Positions 61,801 through 64,000 of a DNA stretch of 64,000 nucleotides are shown one piece after another. The stretch spans positions 48,732,001 through 48,796,000 of the forward strand of contig CM059443.1 in assembly GCA_030390025.1 (NCBI GenBank). Direction: 5' to 3'. Position numbers and translations under genes: made by a program. How positions within the stretch are numbered: the stretch's first letter is position 1; every line of letters starts with the position of its first letter. The notes under the pieces are model-generated. The model saw only the letters and a list, made by a program, of their open reading frames with translations, was not told where the DNA came from and did not search any database. This DNA is from Squalus acanthias (lineage: Eukaryota).

Positions 61801-62357
61801 GTTTTATTAACACCCTTTGTCCTTTTAGACTTATGATTTAGTATGGCCCTTTGTGTTTCTTGCCTTTGTTTACTCGGATTTCCCTTATTGTTTCTCACCC
61901 TTCTAACATTTGTTTCTGACTGCATATTACTTCCCCCTGTTTCGCTACATAGGTTCCCATTCCCCTGCCATATTAGTTTAAATCCTCCCGAACTGCCTTA
62001 GCAAATATTACCCCGAGGACATCGGTTCCAGTCCTGCCCAAGTGCAGACCGTCCCTTTTGTACAGGTCCCACTTCCCCCAGAACTGGTTCCAATGCCTCA
62101 GGTATTTGAATCCCTCCCTCCTGCACCACTGCTCAAGCCACGTAATTAATCTCGCTATCCTGTTCATGCTACTCTGATTAGCACGTGGCACTGGTAGCAA
62201 CCCAGAGATTACTACCTTTGAGGTCCTACTTTTCAATTTAGCTCCTAGCTCCCTAAATTCTGCTTGTAGGACCTCTTCCCGCTTTTTACCTATATCGTTG
62301 GTACCTACATGCACCACGACAGCTGGCTCTTCACCCTCCCTTTCCAGAATGTTCTGC
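58890..62357 (-). mobile_element. Young CR1 LINE, truncated within ORF1
   Basis: ORF1 esterase half (61973-62359: VHVGTND, DGLHL), intact ORF2, (ctatgttt)n tail. Confidence 0.95.
58989..61925 (-). CDS. CR1 ORF2p (AP-like endonuclease plus reverse transcriptase), uninterrupted 978 aa
   Basis: [41 protein letters not shown]. Confidence 0.95.
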   Translation of the reverse strand: MQSETNVRRVRNNKGNPSKQRQETQRAILNHKSKRTKGVNKTSLKALCLNARSIRNKVDELTVQIDVNGYDVIGITETWLQKNQGWELNIQGYSTFRKDRIKGKGGGVALLVKKEINAIARKDISLEDVESIWVELQNTKGQKTLVGVVYRPPKSSSEVGEGMKQEIRGACKKGAAVIMGDFNMHIDWATQTGSNTVEEDFLEYLRDGFLNQYVEEPTRGEAILDWVLCNEEGLISNLMVRGPLGKSDHSMVEFYVRMEKETVNSETMVQNLNKGNFEGMRRELARLDWQAIFKGLSVEGQWQTFRDRMDELQQLYIPVWHKNKKGKVAQPWLTREIRDSIKSKEAAYKLARSSSKPGDWENFKTQQRRTKGLIRAGKIKYERKLAENIKTDCKSFYKYVKRKRLVKTNVGPLQSETGEVIMGNKEMADQLNKYFGSVFTVEDTNNLPEIKEIKGSGKREELREILISQEKVLGKLMGLKADKSPGPDGLHPRVLKEVALEIVDTLTIIFQHSLDSGSVPKEWRVANVTPLLKKGGREKAGNCRPVSLTSVVGKMMESIIKDVITDHLESGDMIGPSQHGFVIGKSCLTNLLEFFEDVSNRVDGGEPVDVVYLDFQKAFDKVPHKRLVCKVKAHGIGGNVLTWIENWLAHRKQRVGVNGYFSEWQAVTSGVPQGSVLGPQLFTLYINDLDEGINCNISKFADDTKLGGSVNNEEDARRLQSDLDRLGEWANVWQMKYNVDKCEVIYFGGKNREADYYLNGGRLGKGEVQRDLGVMVHQSLKVGRQVQQAVKKANGMMAFIARGFEYRSREVMLQLYRALVRPHLEYCVQFWSPNLRKDILAIEGVQRRFTRLIPGMARLTYQERLDQLNLYPLEFRRMRGDLIEMFKILTGLDKLDAGRMFPMLGKTKTRGHSLRIKGKPFKTEMRRNFFTQRVVNLWNSLPQKVVEASPLNIFKRELDIILTTRGIKGYGEKAGMGY

Positions 62358-62489
62358 ATTTGAGTTGCCAGCCATCAGCTCTTGAAAGTTCTTGTGGCTC
62401 TTTGCCAGAATCAACTCACGGCCTCGCTCTCCCCACAGTCCTCCTGTATCTTTCACAACTTCAAATGTTTATCCAATTCTCACTTAAAA

Positions 62490-64000
62490 GATAGAATCAT
62501 AGAATCATAGAAAGTTACAGCACGGAAGGAGGCCATTTCAGGCCCATCGTGTCTGCGCCGGCCAACAAAGAGCTATCCAGCCTAATCCCACTTGGTCCGT
62601 AGCCCTGCAGGTTAGAGCATCCCAAGTGCACATCCAAGTACTTTTTAAATGTGGTTAGGGTTTCTGCCTCTACCACCCTTTCAGGCAGTGAGTTCCAGAC
62701 CCCCACAACCCTCTGGGTGAAGAAATCTCCCCTCAAATTCTCTCTAAACCTTCCACCAATTACTTTAAATCTGTGCCCCCTAGTATTTGACCCCTCTGCT
62801 AAGGGAAATAGCATTCGTAACAAAATAGACGAGTTAATGGCACAAATAACTACATATGGTTATGATATTGTGGCCATTACAGAAACATGGCTGCAGGGTG
62901 ACAATGCCTGGGAATTAAACATACCAGGTTATTTAACGATCAGGAAGGACAGGCAGGAAGGAAGGGGAGGTGGGGTGGCTATGTTAATAAAGGAAGGAAT
63001 CACTGTAATACAGAGTAATGATATTGGGTCAAAAAATCATGATAATGAAACAGTTTGGGTGGAGATAAGGAATAATAAGGGGAAAAAAACATTAGTGGGC
63101 GTAGTCTATAGGCCTCCGAACAGTTGCAACTCTATTGGACGGAGTATCAATCAGGAAATAGTTGAGGCATGTAATAAGGGAACATCTATAATTATGGGGG
63201 ATTTTAACTATCATATTAATTGGACAAATCAAATGGGGCAGGGCTGCCTTGAGGATGAGTTCATTGAGTGTATTAGGGATGGGTTTCTTGAGCAGTATGT
63301 AACTGAACCGACCAGGGGGCAAGCAACCTTAGATCTGGTCCTGTGTAACGAGACAGGATTAATTAAAAATGTCCTAGTAAAGGATCCCCTTGGAATGAGT
63401 GACCATAACATGGTTGAATTCCATATTCAATTAGAGGGTGAGAAGGTTGGATCTCAAACAAGCGTGCTAAGCTTGAATAAAGGAGACTATGAAGGTATGC
63501 GAGCGGAATTGAGTAGAGTGGATTGGGAAAATAGATTAAAGGGTAAGACGACACATGATCAGTGGTGTACATTCAAGGAGTTATTTTACAACTTCCAAAA
63601 AAAATATATTCCACTGAAAAGAAAAGGGTGTAAAAGAAAGGACAGTCATCCGTGGCTAAGTAAAGAAATTAAGGATAGTATTCGACTAAAAACAAGGGCA
63701 TATAAGGTAGCGAAATCTAGTGGGAGGACAGAGGATTGGGAAAACTTTAAAAGGCAGCAAAAAATAACAAAAAGATTGATTAAGAAAGGGAAGATAGATT
63801 ATGAAAGTAAATTAGCAAAAAATATAAAAACAGATAGTAAGAGTTTTTATAGTTATATAAAAAGAAAAAGGGTGGCTAAAGTAAATGTTGGTCCCTTAGA
63901 GGATGAGACCGGGAAATTAATGGTGGGAAATATGGAGATGGCAAAAACACTGAATGAATATTTTGTATCAGTCTTTACAGTAGAGGACACTAAGAATATC
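62490..64000. mobile_element. CR1 3' end (minus, ~62490-62812) abutting a CR1 ORF2 endonuclease region (plus, 62813 to window end)
   Basis: FFTQRVVGVWNSLP on minus; SIRNKIDEL, AITETW, MGDFN on plus. Confidence 0.85.

Overview
Vertebrate genomic DNA, almost certainly a cartilaginous fish (shark-type CR1 LINEs, HE1-like V-SINE, Deu-domain SINEs, Penelope remnants). It is mostly retroelement-derived, and most ORF-track entries are LINE fragments or noise. Between the repeats, on the minus strand, is a tandem cluster of an immunoglobulin-superfamily type I membrane receptor that I cannot assign to a named family. I reconstructed the exons by hand from GT/AG sites and intron phases: leader, Cys-rich Ig-like D1, V-set D2 with Ser/Thr stalk, 33-nt linker, TM, and five cytoplasmic exons. 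Two subtypes alternate. One (copies A and C) has an uncharged TM core and a long tail with five tyrosine motifs. The other (copy B) has Arg and Asp in or at the TM and has lost every tail tyrosine, which resembles a paired inhibitory/activating receptor system. The array has a ~40.5-kb period (1-13.5 kb is repeated at 40.46-54.16 kb). In the second unit a solo LTR replaces ~17 kb and joins a B-type ectodomain to an A-type tail. Also present: a PLCL1 exon-1 retro-fragment next to a CR1, short elements carrying hammerhead ribozymes, a CR1 with intact ORF2, and a G-rich intronic minisatellite. All calls are by eye; no database searches were run.
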